Positions 15,935 to 29,315 of a stretch of 64,000 nt of DNA are shown here, piece by piece (positions within the stretch are counted from its first letter, which is position 1; each line of letters begins with the position of its first letter). Position numbers and translations under genes: made by a program. A model generated the notes under the pieces. It searched no databases, was not told the origin of the DNA, and saw nothing but the letters and a program-made list of their open reading frames with translations. Source of the DNA: the human T2T-CHM13v2.0 reference genome, Homo sapiens; assembly GCF_009914755.1 (NCBI RefSeq), contig NC_060926.1. One strand, written 5' to 3'.

Positions 15935-16274
15935 GATATTAGTCCATTCTCATACTGCTATGAAGAAATACCCAAGGCTGGGTAATTTATAAAGAAAAAG
16001 AGGTTGAATGGACTCAGTTCCACATGGCTGGGGAGGCCTCACAATCATGGCAGAAGGCAAAGGAAGAGCAAAGGCATGTCTTACGTGGTGGCAGGCAAGA
16101 GAGAGTGTGCAGGGGAACTGCCCCTTATAAAACCATCAGATCATGTGAGACTTAGTCACTGTCACGAGAACAGCATGGGAAAGACCTGCCCTCATGATTC
16201 AGTTACCTCCCACCAGGTCCCTCCCATAACAATTCAAGATGAGATTTGGGTGGGGACACAGCTAAACCATATCA
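15935..16274 (-). mobile_element. THE1 (THE1B/C-like) solo MaLR LTR
   Basis: Ends gagatttgggtggggacacagctaaaccatatca; 5-bp TSD cacgg (15930-15934) / catgg (16275-16279). Confidence 0.92.
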
Positions 16275-17526
16275 CATGGGAAGCAGTGACTGAAGCATGA
16301 TTTTGGAATATTCTCTTTCTAGATAGTGTCTGGCAATTCTAATGCTAAAAGGATCCTGATGCCCAAAGTCTGTCCAGGTGGGTGTGGGCTCAGTTTCCTC
16401 ACTGTGAACGTGGAAGAGACAGAGAAACTATTCCCTAAGATCCTATGAAGTTCTAATTTTCCCAAAACCTAGAGGAAACATGTGCTTTGACACTTTGGCG
16501 TAAAATGCGGAGATTCTATTTAGCTCCTGGATTTAATATAAAGAAAAAGATGTGGCCAAGAATCTTGAGGCTAGCGTGTGGGCGGGAAATAAACCCGTCA
16601 ATGGTCAGATGGGATAGAAATGTTCTTGAAACTTCTTCCCTGTTTTCTGCAGCCCCTTTGTCTCTCCTGACACTTAGAGAAAAATATGTTCATTGTTTAA
16701 AAATAAAAGCTTTTAATGGAAATTTGACGTATGGCTTGCCAAAAAAAAAATTACTGTTCCCTGGTGGAATTTTCCTGGGAAGATAAATATTTATTATAAT
16801 GAAGTATCTATAATTAAAGACTATCTTTTATAGAAGACATCCATTACGTCTTTCTTTGCTGCAGCCTTTTTTATTTATGGGAGTAAGAGTTTGTAGAGTA
16901 CATTTCATCTTTAACGTACCATAGCAAACATTAAGTGATTTTTGCAGTAGTATTAAAAGGCGATATTTTTAATTTTTAATTTTACATTTTTCAAATTGGT
17001 TCATGAAAAACTAAGGTTTAGTGTTTCACATATAGCCATAGATGGGGTGGTGTCAGTCAGGCTTAAAGTTTTTCATTTTATCTGCACTTTCGACTATGTC
17101 TTATATAATATAGGAAGAACTGGAACTTTTAGTGATTTTTTCTGAAGTTCTCCAAGCAGAAAAAGGAACAATGCTCATAGGATGTTTTAAGGCTGTGTAC
17201 AGGAAAACACAAGGGAAGACCAGAGGGGTCGACTGCAGGTGACATGGGACTGAGGACCGTGGATGCTGATGCATCCCCAAGACATGTGGGGCAGCTACTG
17301 GAGGCTGGACTGTGGGGCGGGAGAGTTGAGTGGGCTGGAGGAGGTCAGTTTGCAAAGATTGAAGAATGAGAAAGTAGAGACTGACAAATCATCACATGCT
17401 AAACGTCGATTTAAACATTAAGTGAATGTCTGTTGATTTAACGAGGCTGTTTAATGTAGTAACAGATGCTAATTAAATAAATGAGCTCTTGTTTAGAAAT
17501 CGCTAATTAATTTTATTCCTTTACAG

Positions 17527-17637
17527 AATGTGCTCTGGAGATTTAAATTTTCCCAGCTTAAGGGATCTTCAGATGATGGGAAAACTCGAGTAAAGCTGCT
17601 GTTTCAGAATCTGGACACCAAACAGATTGAGATGAAG
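17527..17637 (+). CDS. SNTG2: SNTG2 coding exon (111 nt, phase 0/0; probably penultimate): NVLWRFKFSQLKGSSDDGKTRVKLLFQNLDTKQIEMK, syntrophin C-terminal/SU region
   Basis: Acceptor ttttattcctttacag|AAT with branch-like ctaat near 17503-17507; donor AAG|gtatgc; WRFKFSQLKGSSDDG is a syntrophin signature motif. Confidence 0.95.
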
Positions 17638-17822
17638 GTATGCGGCATGGGGCATGGGTTATTCTGCCACCACCCACACATAAAGTACAGCTCAGAGGGT
17701 CCGCTGGTAAAAATCTCCACCCCTCCCATGCACACAAAAATAAACCAATAGGTCCTGAAGCACGAGTCCTTCCTGAAAATTAGGCAATAGATAACCCGAA
17801 AGAGCCTGTCGAGGTCAAATAT

Positions 17823-17898
17823 CCCTTATCTGAAATGCTTGAGACCAGAAGTGTTTGGGACCCTTATCTGAAATGCTTGAGACCAGAAGTGTTTGGGA
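17823..17898. repeat. Perfect tandem duplication 2 x 38 bp inside the Tigger4a 5' end
   Basis: cccttatctgaaatgcttgagaccagaagtgtttggga at 17823 and 17861. Confidence 0.97.
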
Positions 17899-17992
17899 TT
17901 TCAGATTTTGGAATATTTGTGGATTAGGTACTGATTAAGCATCTGAAATCCAAAAATCCAAAAAGCAAAATGTTCCAATGAACATTTCCTTT

Positions 17993-18828
17993 GAGCATCA
18001 GGCCAGCATTGGAGAAGGTTGGGATTCTGGAGCATATAGCATGAGGCCAGCATTGGAGAAGGTTGGGATTCTGGAGCATGTAGCATGAGGCCAGCATTGG
18101 AGAAGGTTGGGATTCTGGAGCATGTAGCATGAGGCCAGCATTGGAGAAGGTTGGGATTCTGGAGCATTTAGCCTCAGGCCAGCATTGGAGAAGGTTGGGA
18201 TTCTGGAGCATTTAGCCTCAGGCCAGCATTGGAGAAGGTTGGGATTCTGGAACATTTAGCATCAGGTCAGCATTGGAGAAGGTTGGGATTCTGGAGCATT
18301 TAGCATCAGGTCAGCATTGGAGAAGGTTGGGATTCTGGAACATTTAGCATCAGGTCAGCATTGGAGAAGGTTGGGATTCTGGAGCATGTAGCATGAGGCC
18401 AGCATTGGAGAAGGTTGGGATTCTGGAGCATTTAGCCTCAGGCCAGCATTGGAGAAGGTTGGGATTCTGGAGCATTGAGCATCAGGCCAGCATTGGAGAA
18501 GGTTGGGATTCTGGAGCATTTAGCATCAGGCCAGCATTGGAGATGGTTGGGATTCTGGAGCATTGAGCATCAGGTCAGCATTGGAGAAGGTTGGGATTCT
18601 GGAGCATTGAGCATCAGGCCAGCATTGGAGAAGGTTGGGATTCTGGAGCATTGAGCATCAGGCCAGCATTGGAGAAAGTTGGGATTCTGGAGCATTGAGC
18701 ATCAGGTCAGCATTGGAGAAGGTTGGGATTCTGGAGCATTGAGCATCAGGCCAGCATTGGAGAAGGTTGGGATTCTGGGGCATTTAGCATGAGGTCAGCA
18801 TTGGAGAAGGTTGGGATTCTGGAGCATT
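17993..18828. repeat. Minisatellite, 19 x 44 bp (gagcatcaggccagcattggagaaggttgggattctggagcatt)
   Basis: gg(c/t)cagcatt recurs every 44 bp from 18001 to 18793. Confidence 0.97.
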
Positions 18829-20096
18829 TCAGGGTTTCGATTTTCAGATTTGGGATGCTCAAGCTGTATAGGATGTTTCGTGTTAGAGAGACGTTTATAT
18901 CCTAAAATGGTGACCACTGAAACAAAATATTTGATTTTACTAAAATGTACAAGCTTCTTAGTAAATATTAGCAGGAAATCATTATTTTAAAATATACCAG
19001 AAGTCAAAATTTAAAGGAAGGGTTTTACAAACTGTATTTTGTTTGCACACTGTATGTGATAAATTGACTATAATATGGAGAACAAACTTCTTTGTTAATT
19101 AAAGACCTTAGACCTTTTAAATTCATTGCCTGGAGGTGACATTGTACTATTGACAGGTGTTGACTTTTACCATATTTTATGTATAAATGTGTTGCCCACA
19201 AGCCAGTTTAATATAAACTTAATAAGACTAAAGATTAAATTTACTAAACTGAAAAATAAATTTTAAAAAATAGACTCATGAACACATACGGTGTGGAAAC
19301 AGATTGTCAATACTTTGCACACATTTTTTTCTCTGATGGAATTAATCTGAGCAACATGTCACACATGGCATTTTTATACGTGAAAGTTTAGGTCAACTTT
19401 GATCCTCTCTTCATTGATCTCAATGAAATGACATTTTATAGTTGCTTTTAAGTACAGCGGAAATTGTATGGGATTGTTTGACATTTTTATGTTTTGGAAA
19501 TTGACAAAAGCAAAACCTGAATGCAGATGGTACAGACACTGTGGCTCCTGGGCTGGGGGAGAGCGATGAGGCAGCGGCACTCGTGCTGACCGCAGTGCCT
19601 GAGCAGGCAAGGCGCTGACCTCTCAGCAGGCTGCCCTGAGCCGCATCCTGGGGTCGTCAGCCACCAGCAAGGTGGGAACGCGGAGAGAGAGGCTTGACAT
19701 CAGTTTCCATCTGGTATTTCACTGGCTTGGATGTCAATGGATCAGGGATGAAAATAGAATGTTCTTCCTCTGGTTTGTTTATTTATGCAGCTGTTTGCCT
19801 TGGGCGCCATCACCGGGGAGGAGCACCGTAACCTTTGCTGCCTTAATCTTGTGGAGCTCTGAGTCTCATACTGTGAGGGTGCCGGAGGTCTACGGTGGCC
19901 ATGAGGGTTTCACGCCTGCGGTGTCCCCGTGGCTTTCTGAGCCTCTGTCATCCCCGGGGCTCAGGCTTCAGGACCTCCAGCAGCTCCCATGGCATCTGAA
20001 ACACCCTTTTGACAGTGTCTGTTGAGGTTAAATGTATTTGTGTTTTATTTGTTAATGATCAGTCAGCTCTTGATTATCTGTTAATGAAAGGAGCAT

Positions 20097-20243
20097 CAGT
20101 ATCAGGTCACCTAAGACAGAAAGGCCTGAAATATGTTAGATTCACGTGGGACACAGGCTTTGAGACCAGTATCAGGTCACCTAAGACAGAGAGGCTTGAA
20201 ATATGTTAGATTCAGGTGGGACACAGGCTTTGAGACCGGCATC
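20097..20243. repeat. Tandem duplication 2 x 70 bp
   Basis: cagtatcaggtcacctaagacaga...gggacacaggctttgagac at 20097 and 20167. Confidence 0.95.
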
Positions 20244-21287
20244 GCTGCCTTGTGATGCTTTGTTTGGATTGCATCTATTTCCATCGTGGGTTGGTGGAAA
20301 AGAGAACGCCCCAGGGAGTTACAGAGGCCACAGGGATGGATACCAGATTCGTAGGACTTGTAGTTTAAACAATTTGTGGAAATTTTTTATGAAAAAAAAA
20401 TGTAAAACTGCAAATACAGCAACCTAGCTACACTTAGAAATGAGTGTAGGGCACATAAATATGTCCCAACAAACCCAAACTAAAAAAACCTCCACCTCCA
20501 TTTCCCGTGCTGGATCTCAGAGCCGCCCAAGGCCCCTCCGTGGCACCCCTGGGATGAGAGGGAGGAACTTGGGTAGACAGAGGTAGGGACCTCACAAGAG
20601 CAGTGACCCGAGGGCCCTGGGCACGTCGCTTGGGCCCCTCAGCTCCCTGGGCTCTGTGCAGGCAAGGGCCTCACAGCTTACACAGGAAGAAGAGGGGACA
20701 CAGATGAGGATGACAGCATTTCCCACCTTATCCCACAGAGTAGGAAACACATATGTGGATAACTGCAAACACTTAGTGCATGGGTGATGGGTGACCGTGG
20801 GCATTTTCAGAAGTCACCTTCACACACTGAGGTTGTGCATTTATCAACGTATGAGATATACAGAAAGTTAGAACATGGCAGCTGGGAAATGAAAACTCTA
20901 GAAGCTAATGCAAGACTTAAGGAGTCCACGGGAATGAATTCTGAGTTGAAACTCATAGCTATTGCAAATCTTGGATGTTAGCAATATGTTGTCTTAAGAA
21001 ATAGGAACATTTTATTATCTCAATACATCAATTAACCAGGAGTGCCAGAGAAAACAATATTCCTAGTAAGTTGATTTTCTAGTGAAATGAGTGGTAACCA
21101 TGAAACAAGTTTCCTTTTAGTAGTTGTTGAAAATATTTCTGGAATATTCTACCAGGACGCTACCTTAGTAATTAGTGCATGATGGGAACACTTGAGTTTC
21201 TCCTGAAATCTAGGGAGGAGTTCTGGGGCTTGGGGAGCAGAGTGAAATATTCCTACCATCCATTATTTGCAAAAATCACGTAGAATT

Positions 21288-21610
21288 GGCCGGGCATGGT
21301 GGCTCATGCCTGTAATCTCAGCACTTTGGGAGGCTGAGGCGGGTGAATCATGAGGTCATGAGATCGAGACCATCCTGGCTGACACAGTGAAACCATCTTT
21401 ACTAAAAATACAAAAAATTAGCCGGGCCTGGTTGCGGGCACCTGTAGTCCCAGCTACTCAGGAGGCTGAGGCAGGAGAATGGTGTGAACCCGGGAGGCAG
21501 AGCTTACAGTGAGCCGAGATCATCGCGCCACTGTACTCCAGCCTGAGTGACAGAGCGAGACTCCTTCTCAAAAAAAAAAAAAAAAAGAAAGAAAAAAAGA
21601 AAAGAAAGAA
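21288..21610 (+). mobile_element. AluY with perfect 17-bp TSD
   Basis: AluY diagnostics (gatcgagaccatcctggct, ggagaatgg, gagctt); TSD aaaaatcacgtagaatt at 21271-21287 and 21611-21627. Confidence 0.97.
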
Positions 21611-22106
21611 AAAAATCACGTAGAATTCAAGACTGTAGGATGATTTCACACAGATTCCAATGGCTGGAAATTTTAGGTTGCAGTAGTTTTTAAATAAAAT
21701 ATTTTTCTTCCTCTTTGACTGTTTTTTCCTTTAAAAAAAAAGAGTGGAGAGGAAGCAAATGTTATTGAATGAAGAATTTACTTCCATCCTGTGCTGTTTG
21801 TTATTCATGCAAATTATGTCAGATTATAGAGACATAGCTTGGCGCTCACTGCACAGGGGAAGCTGCCCTTCCCCAATTCCCACGAAAGATACCCAGGGAG
21901 GCCCCCCCATGTTTCTGTGTATATTGCTTATATTTTGCATATTTCTTTATAATTCCATTTTTGCCTCTAGGCTGAGCCTCCAAAGGGAAACTTTAGTTTA
22001 GCTTTTTTATATTCAGCATGAGGGTCAGCACATATGTACACTTAAATGTTTTAAATGAATAAATTAATGAAGAAGGAGCAAATTATTGTTAAAGAAACTG
22101 CCAAAT

Positions 22107-22250
22107 ATACTCACAGGAGTTTCATCAGTTCTAAGGAGAAAATTGTTCCTATTGTCAGGAAAATGGGATACCTTAATGCTCACTGGAGTTTCATCAGTTC
22201 TAAAGAGAAAATTGTTCCTACTATCATTAAAATGAGATACCTTAATGACT
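22107..22250. repeat. Tandem duplication 2 x 69 bp (diverged)
   Basis: ctcac(a/t)ggagtttcatcagttctaa...gataccttaat at 22110 and 22179. Confidence 0.92.
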
Positions 22251-22892
22251 CCATGCAGATGCATACAGAAGTTTCTGATATTCCCACATATATATCCATG
22301 AAGCAGAGGTTGTGCCTTGAAAGCAGGGCACATTTTACTGAAGAATCATGTCTCTGGGAGAAACACTACCGTGTATTTTTCACTCTATAATGATCTGTGA
22401 GAGTAAACCCCACTGAAAATTACGCCTCTGCCATCAATGAGTCAGCCGAGTGTGCCAGCCGCAGATGGAGGAAGATTGGGCGTGGGCACCTGAGTGTTTA
22501 GGACCACGGAGGGGGTGGCAGACCAGAAGGAAATTGGGGTGTTTCTGATACTGAGACCTGGCTGCTGAGTTTTCTTGGCAGGAGCACCGATCGATGCCCA
22601 CAGCATTTATCACTGAAAAGACTGAATCGAGGGTGCTGAGAAAACTATTTCAGGAAGCCAGATGGTGCCAGGAGGGAGGGCCAGTCCCAGCAAAATGTCA
22701 TCCAACAGAGAATTTCCCATCTCCCTGTGCATGAACCAGGGGCTTCTAAATGTTCTCATGCAGACGGATATCAAAAGGAAGAGCATAAACAATTAATATG
22801 ATACATGTGAAGCACAACGCCCCCTTCCCTAATACAGATCTGAAATTATTTTTAAAATTCTCATCTCAAGAAAATGAAAACAAAAGCAAAGC

Positions 22893-23035
22893 CTTCTTTC
22901 TCCCTCCCTCCTTCCTTGCCTCCCTCCCTCCTTCCTTCCTTCCTTTCCTTCTTTCTTCCTTCCCTCCTTCCTTCCTTCCTTCTCTCCTTCCTTCCTTCCT
23001 TTCTTCTTTCCTTCCCTTCCTTCTCTTCTCTTTCC
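22893..23035. repeat. (CCTT)n/(CCCT)n polypyrimidine microsatellite
   Basis: Almost pure C/T tract of ~140 bp. Confidence 0.95.
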
Positions 23036-24418
23036 ATTTTTAAAATTAATAACCTTTGATAGAAGGCTGGATAGTCGATTCATTCCAGAAAAATGAGTTG
23101 ACTACTTTTAGGATGTTTGAACACAACATCTTTGTTTTGGTTTTAAGTCTCTCAATAGCTGCATCCAGAAACACAATATTCAAACTAACAAAAAAATATA
23201 GTTGAATCAAATCTTTTTTCTAAGCAGTGGCAACAAGCAAGTGTATTATCATTCAGTAACTAAAGTTTTCAAAATGGTAAATTGAAGTTAAAGCATTCAG
23301 TCACAAAACTTCACTTGCAGCAGGGGCAAGTCAGAATGAAGACTGCTCTCCAGAGGCAACCCTGGAGTGTCAGCAGCTAACTCCCCCAAAGCCAGAGACA
23401 CGGGAATATTTAGGGCCCTAGGAGCGAAAATCCACATCCCCAGAAACCAGGTCAGGTGCGTCCTGGGACTTCATTTCCTAGAGAGGAACTGAGGTTGAAA
23501 GGGAATGGAGCTGGAGTTCCAATGCAGACCCCATAACACTTTAACTGTTTAAACCTGAGTTGGCCCCAGGAGAAATAATAAAAATTAATATGGCCTCCTT
23601 AGATGGTTTTGAAGACATCTGGTACCAGATTCAACTCCCTGAGTCTCTGACCACCTCTCTCTTTGTCTCTGTCTCTATCTCTCTCACTCTGTCTCTCTCT
23701 CTCTCCCCCTCCTTCTACCCTTCTGGTGCAGAGTCCTCAGAGGCTCCTTTCCTACTGGGGTACCTGAGTAATCTGTGGTCTTGGAGGCTCCCCTCTACTG
23801 CTTGGGGTTGATACAAGGGAACCTATCGCTGCCCAATGATTTGGGGGCACTTTGCACGTGGGAACCTGGGAAGGGCCCCTGCCACTGAACGTCACTGAGC
23901 AGGGATTGCTTTCATGAATATCCCACCCTCCACCTTTTGAAAGAGGGCTCAGAGGAAGGCCCAGATCCAAGCAGGAAGTGCCGCCGCTCAAGGCCATTTC
24001 ATTCATAGGGCACATTCACTTTGTAAAACTCATGAGCCAACCCCTTACTTTTCTCAATAACCCTGTAAATTAGACATGATCTACCCCAGGTCCACACATT
24101 TTAACAGATTCAGAAAATTTTGACCAAAAGAAACATTGTGCTGTGAGTCAGAGGCAGAGCCTACTTAGCTCCAGGCATCTGCCTCCTTTCTTAAGAGTTG
24201 ACCTAAGGAGAGGTAGGAAGTGGAAAGGAGGTGGGTAGGGTCTGTCTCTCTGATCAGAATCTTTTTCATAGAGGAAAACACTTGGATTTCCAAGGACAGC
24301 TTCTGGTCAGCTTGGAGCTCAGTGGCTTTTATTGCAACAAGAAGTAGCAGAAGTGAAGCCCTGACCACAGCTGTTTCATCATGAAAGTGGGTGGAAACAC
24401 CAATAAAACTCTGAAGGA

Positions 24419-25250
24419 CACATGGCTGAGACCCCCAGTAGGCTGGGACATGGCTAACAGTCACATGGTTGAGACCCCCCATAGGCTGGGACATGGCTCA
24501 CAGTCACATGCCTGAGACCCCCCAGTAGACTAGGACAAGACTAACAGTCACATGGCTGAGACCCCCTGTAGGCTGGGACATGGGTAACAGTCACATGGCT
24601 AAGACCCCCCGGTAGACTGGGACAAGACTAACAGTCACATGGCTGAGACCCCCTGTAGGCTGGGACATGGGTAACAGTCACATGGCTAAGACCCCCCAGT
24701 AGACTGGGACAAGACTAACAGTCACATGGCTGAGACCCCCTAGTAGGCTGGAACATGGCTAACAGTCACATGGCTGAGACCTCCCCCCACCCAGTAGTGT
24801 GGGACATGGCTAACAGTCACATGGCTGAGACCCCCTAGTAGGCTGGGACATGGCTAACAGTCACATGGCTGAGATGCCCCCCAGTAGTCTGGGACATGGC
24901 TAACAGTCATATTGCTGAGACCTCCCGCCACCCAGTAATGTGGGACATGGGTAACAGTCACATTGCTGAGACCTCCCCAGCCCAGGTTAGTCAGGGACAT
25001 GGCTGACAGTCACATGGCTAAGACCCCCCAGTAGGCTGGTACATAGGTAACAGTCACATAGCTGAGACTCCCCCATAGGCTGGTACATGGGTAATGTCAC
25101 ATGGCTGACACCCCCTAGTAGGCTGGGACATGGGTAACAGTCACATGCCTGAGACCCCCCAGTAGTCTGGGACATGGCTAACAGTCACATGGCTGAGGGT
25201 CCCAGTAGGCTGAGAGTTGGCTAACAGTCACATGGCGGAGACTCCCCAGT
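24419..25250. repeat. Minisatellite, ~19 units of ~43-52 bp (cagtcacatggctgagacccccagtaggctgggacatggctaa)
   Basis: cagtcacat-like anchor recurs ~18 times; unit length varies through a C-run. Confidence 0.93.
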
Positions 25251-26893
25251 ATGGCTGAGTTGGGATGGTGTTAGCGCCCAGTAGCTGAGTTGGGACAGTG
25301 TTGCAGAGTGGCAGAAATGAGCCTTCAGTCAAGTCTCTGATTTTCATAGCTGCTGTTGCTTATTGAATCATCTCTAGTCTTTGGAATGCCACAGTTTAAG
25401 TTTTCTCAGAAGTAAAACAATAAGACATGCATAACATTGATAATTTGAAGAGTAGAAATATAGTGCATATAAGGATTTTAATAAAGAAGAAAATTTTCAA
25501 GCCAGAATGAAAAAAAGAGAACCTATTCTATTAGGAAGTCAACTAAAAACTTCATGAATAAAATTAAATTTAGGTTCTTCTTTAGAGACTTCTTGGAGCC
25601 AGGAAATAATTCAGAATTCAGCCTAAGTTGTAAGCAAATAATAAAAATTCAAAAACAATGGTCAGCGCTAGAATCTAATAACAGGTGTGCAGTTGGAACA
25701 TAAATTTTCTCTCTCCAGTCCCCCAGTTTTACCAAAGATAAATCATAGTAGGCCCAATTTATTTTTAAAATAAGTTTTAGTTTTATTATGTTAGGCCTGG
25801 TTATTTGCATAAAGTGCAGCAATAATAATGACTGGCCACATGGGTTCCTTCTACGTTGGTTTTGCCAGAATATTTTCTTAGGGAATTTCAGATTAGACTC
25901 TTTAAAGACTCTTGAGGCTGGGAAGCCAAGCCAAGTATTGACCATCAGACTGTGCTGGTAGTATCTGTATGAATTGGGTGAATTCCTTCCTTTTCAAGTT
26001 CCCAAAATATCTTTAGGTTCCTAGGCCTGTCTGAAAGTGATGTTCTGTGCTTGCCGCAAGGTCAGGAATCTTGTAAGGGAACCTTGTAAGCAAGTGACCA
26101 TGCCAGTCTTTCCAAGGTACTATTTACTGGCCCTATAAAGTCAACGTCAGTTCCTCAAGGCAGTCTGGTTATATCTAAAAATATGCCATTTCATTATCAA
26201 AGCCTTGATAAAATGACCAGTGCCTCCAGTCAAGTCCTATTACAAAAGAAAATAGACTTTTATTGAACTTATGCAAATAACTCTGTCACCATAAAATAAG
26301 AATACTCATGAATGGTTTCTGAATTCTGGAGAAATAAGGTAAAGGGAAAGGTAAATGTTTAAGTTTTGCTCACAAAAGTATAGTTTACCCAATTGCTGTA
26401 AGCTGTAAATAGTTTAAAAGAAAAAAAGAAAGACTTTTTTACTCTGTAAACAAAATGTGATCAGCAATGTTTCAAACAAAAAGTTATACAAGTTATTTCA
26501 GTCCAGTATCAGTTCATGTATTTAGTTCTCACTCTGTTTAATGTTGTGTTAGCAATCCTCATGAACACATCAGTTTTGGTTCTGGTTTTGTTTTAAAGTT
26601 CTGGAAGTTTTTAAGTAGTCTAATAGGATGATCTCCAAAGTTATCAGAAACCCTCATTTAAGTGTACTTGTGATCCTTCGTTCATTTTGTTAATAAGATT
26701 CAAAGCTTTTACTGTAGTTGATTATGCTTTTTTAGAAAAGTTACAGTGAAACAATAATTGCCTGTGGGTGACAAAAGACAGAATAGCCATGGTTAAAGAC
26801 TCAATTGGCAAAGAAATTTGGTTATTTCTGTGACATACAGCAATTAAACGTAGTCAGGATTATCACTGATAATATATACCTAGGCATATCAGA

Positions 26894-27264
<371 letters not shown>

Positions 27265-28912
27265 TAAGTTAAAACGACTTTTTATGTGATATTGTTTCTC
27301 TTATGATTTTTACATACCAAGGAAACGTAATATGCCTTTCTTGGACTTGCAGGAGCCCTATTTGGACTTCCAGAGGTCTTAATGTTCAAAAATTATTTTA
27401 AGGTCAAAAAGGCAATTTTAGATTTTGAAATTTTATTTTGGAAAGCCTATATCAAATATCTCAAAGGTTTAACACACTTGAACAAAACAGCAACACAAGT
27501 CACTGAGAAATAACAGTGATTCATTTAAACAAAGTGATAATCAAAAGATTTCAACAGCAAAAACCATTACTCTTTGATAGAGAGGATATGCAGTTTTCGA
27601 AACAATTAACAGACTTCGTAAAGGAAGCATGAGGCCAACAGAATCTGTCACTCTCCCCCCCACCCTTTTTGCAATCTACTCTGAATGTAAATGAAAAATC
27701 TTTTACTATCTCCTATTAATATTACATGAAAATCTTGCTCAAAACAAAAAAAATCACCTTTGCATTGGCATATTATTAATGCTGAAGCAAATTTTAATAA
27801 AATCTTATAAACGAATCCATTTAATCTCAATCAGCTTTGACACACAAGATAAAATTTTCATAAATATTTTATAACCTCTTACACATTTTTCCATTCTCTT
27901 TCTTTTCTCAACTTTGTATATCCTTCAGTTTATCTTTTTCTTTCTTCTTTTATTCTTTCCATTAAATGCAACCTTAGAATAACCTTTACATTAGGCAAAG
28001 CCACTTTCCTGTAATAAAATCACACCCCCAAGTCTTTCTTGAAAGCTTCCTTACAAAAAATATATCTTCTTATATTTTTTATATAAGAATAAGTATATTT
28101 TCTTATACTCTCTGTATATAGAATTGTTTCTCCTCTTATCTCCAGTTTTTGTTGCTGGAAATTAGTTAGAATTTTAACTCTTAGTAGCCTTAATGTATAG
28201 TGTAAACCTAAGAAGTAAGGGATTTTTTTTTAACTGTCACTCAGGTACCAACAATTTATGAATACACATTTTATAATCTTAGAAACATAGGCTTTCTAAT
28301 GGAACAATGTTTCAATTTGGAACAGGACATTTTTACTAACAGATTTCAATATCATTTGTTTCTCTGAAATAAGGCAAAATATATAAGCTTAAACTCATAT
28401 TTAATAATTGCTGTCTTAGTATTATATCTATTTGGAAATGACTGATATGTTCGATGAATATCATCATCATTTAATTTAGCTTAGCAAAGCTTTAAGGGTA
28501 CAGTTACCAAAAACTTTGAGAAGCCTTTTTAAGTAAACATATTATAAAACAATTATTACTAAAAGTTCATTTATAAACTTTATCCCATTTACAGCTGTTT
28601 AATTTATCTATTCATTCTAATTTTTTGGAAAATTTCATGGGACATTAGACAAATCCAGCCATTGTGTCAAGTTAAATTTTCTGTTAACCATTTTTATATT
28701 ACTGTATGTTATGCAGGTATCGTAAAAGCAAGAACCTTAAAGTTAAATGCAAGCATAATTTACTGATAACTCCAAAAACAGTTGTTTTTATTAAACAAAC
28801 AATATTAAGCTAGTTTTATTTACCAAAATTCTTACTCAAATTACCTGAACTTGGAAAATATTTGGGTTTACTTATTTATGAACACTCACTTATCTTTAAG
28901 TTAGTTTAGTAC

Positions 28913-29315
28913 TGTATTAGTCTGTTCTTGTATTGCTCTAAAGAAATACCTGAGGCTGAGTAATTTATAAAGAAAAGAGATATACTTAGTTTATGCTTCT
29001 GCATGCTGTACAGGAAGGATGATACTGGCATCTAGTCGCTTCTGGGGAGGCCTCAGGAAACTTTTACTCATGGTGGAAGGTGAAGGGGGAGCCAGCACGT
29101 CACACAGCCAGAGCAAGGGGGGCGAGGGATGCCATCCACCTTTAAACAACCCCATCTCGTGAGAACTCTATCATGAGAACAGCACTAGGGGGATGGTGCT
29201 GAACCACGAGAACCCACCCCATGATCCAGGCACCTCCCACCAGGCCCCACCTCCAGCACTGGGAATGACAATTCCATGTGAGATTTGGGTGGGGACACAG
29301 ATCCAAACCATGTTA
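28913..29315 (-). mobile_element. MSTA/MSTB solo MaLR LTR
   Basis: tgtattagtctgttcttgtattgct...ggggacacagatccaaaccatgtta; TSD agtac/ggtac. Confidence 0.9.

Larger units (their letters stand above)
17811..18866. mobile_element. Tigger4a (MER46A) DNA transposon fossil, internally expanded by a VNTR
   Basis: 5' atcccttatctgaaatgcttgagaccagaagtgttt; 3' gattttcagatttgggatgctcaagctg|ta. Confidence 0.85.

Noticed and set aside
16024-16036. PRDM9 hotspot motif in THE1
   Set aside because: This copy reads CCTCCCCAGCCAT on the minus strand, the ordinary THE1 state rather than the hotspot-associated CCTCCCTAGCCAC.
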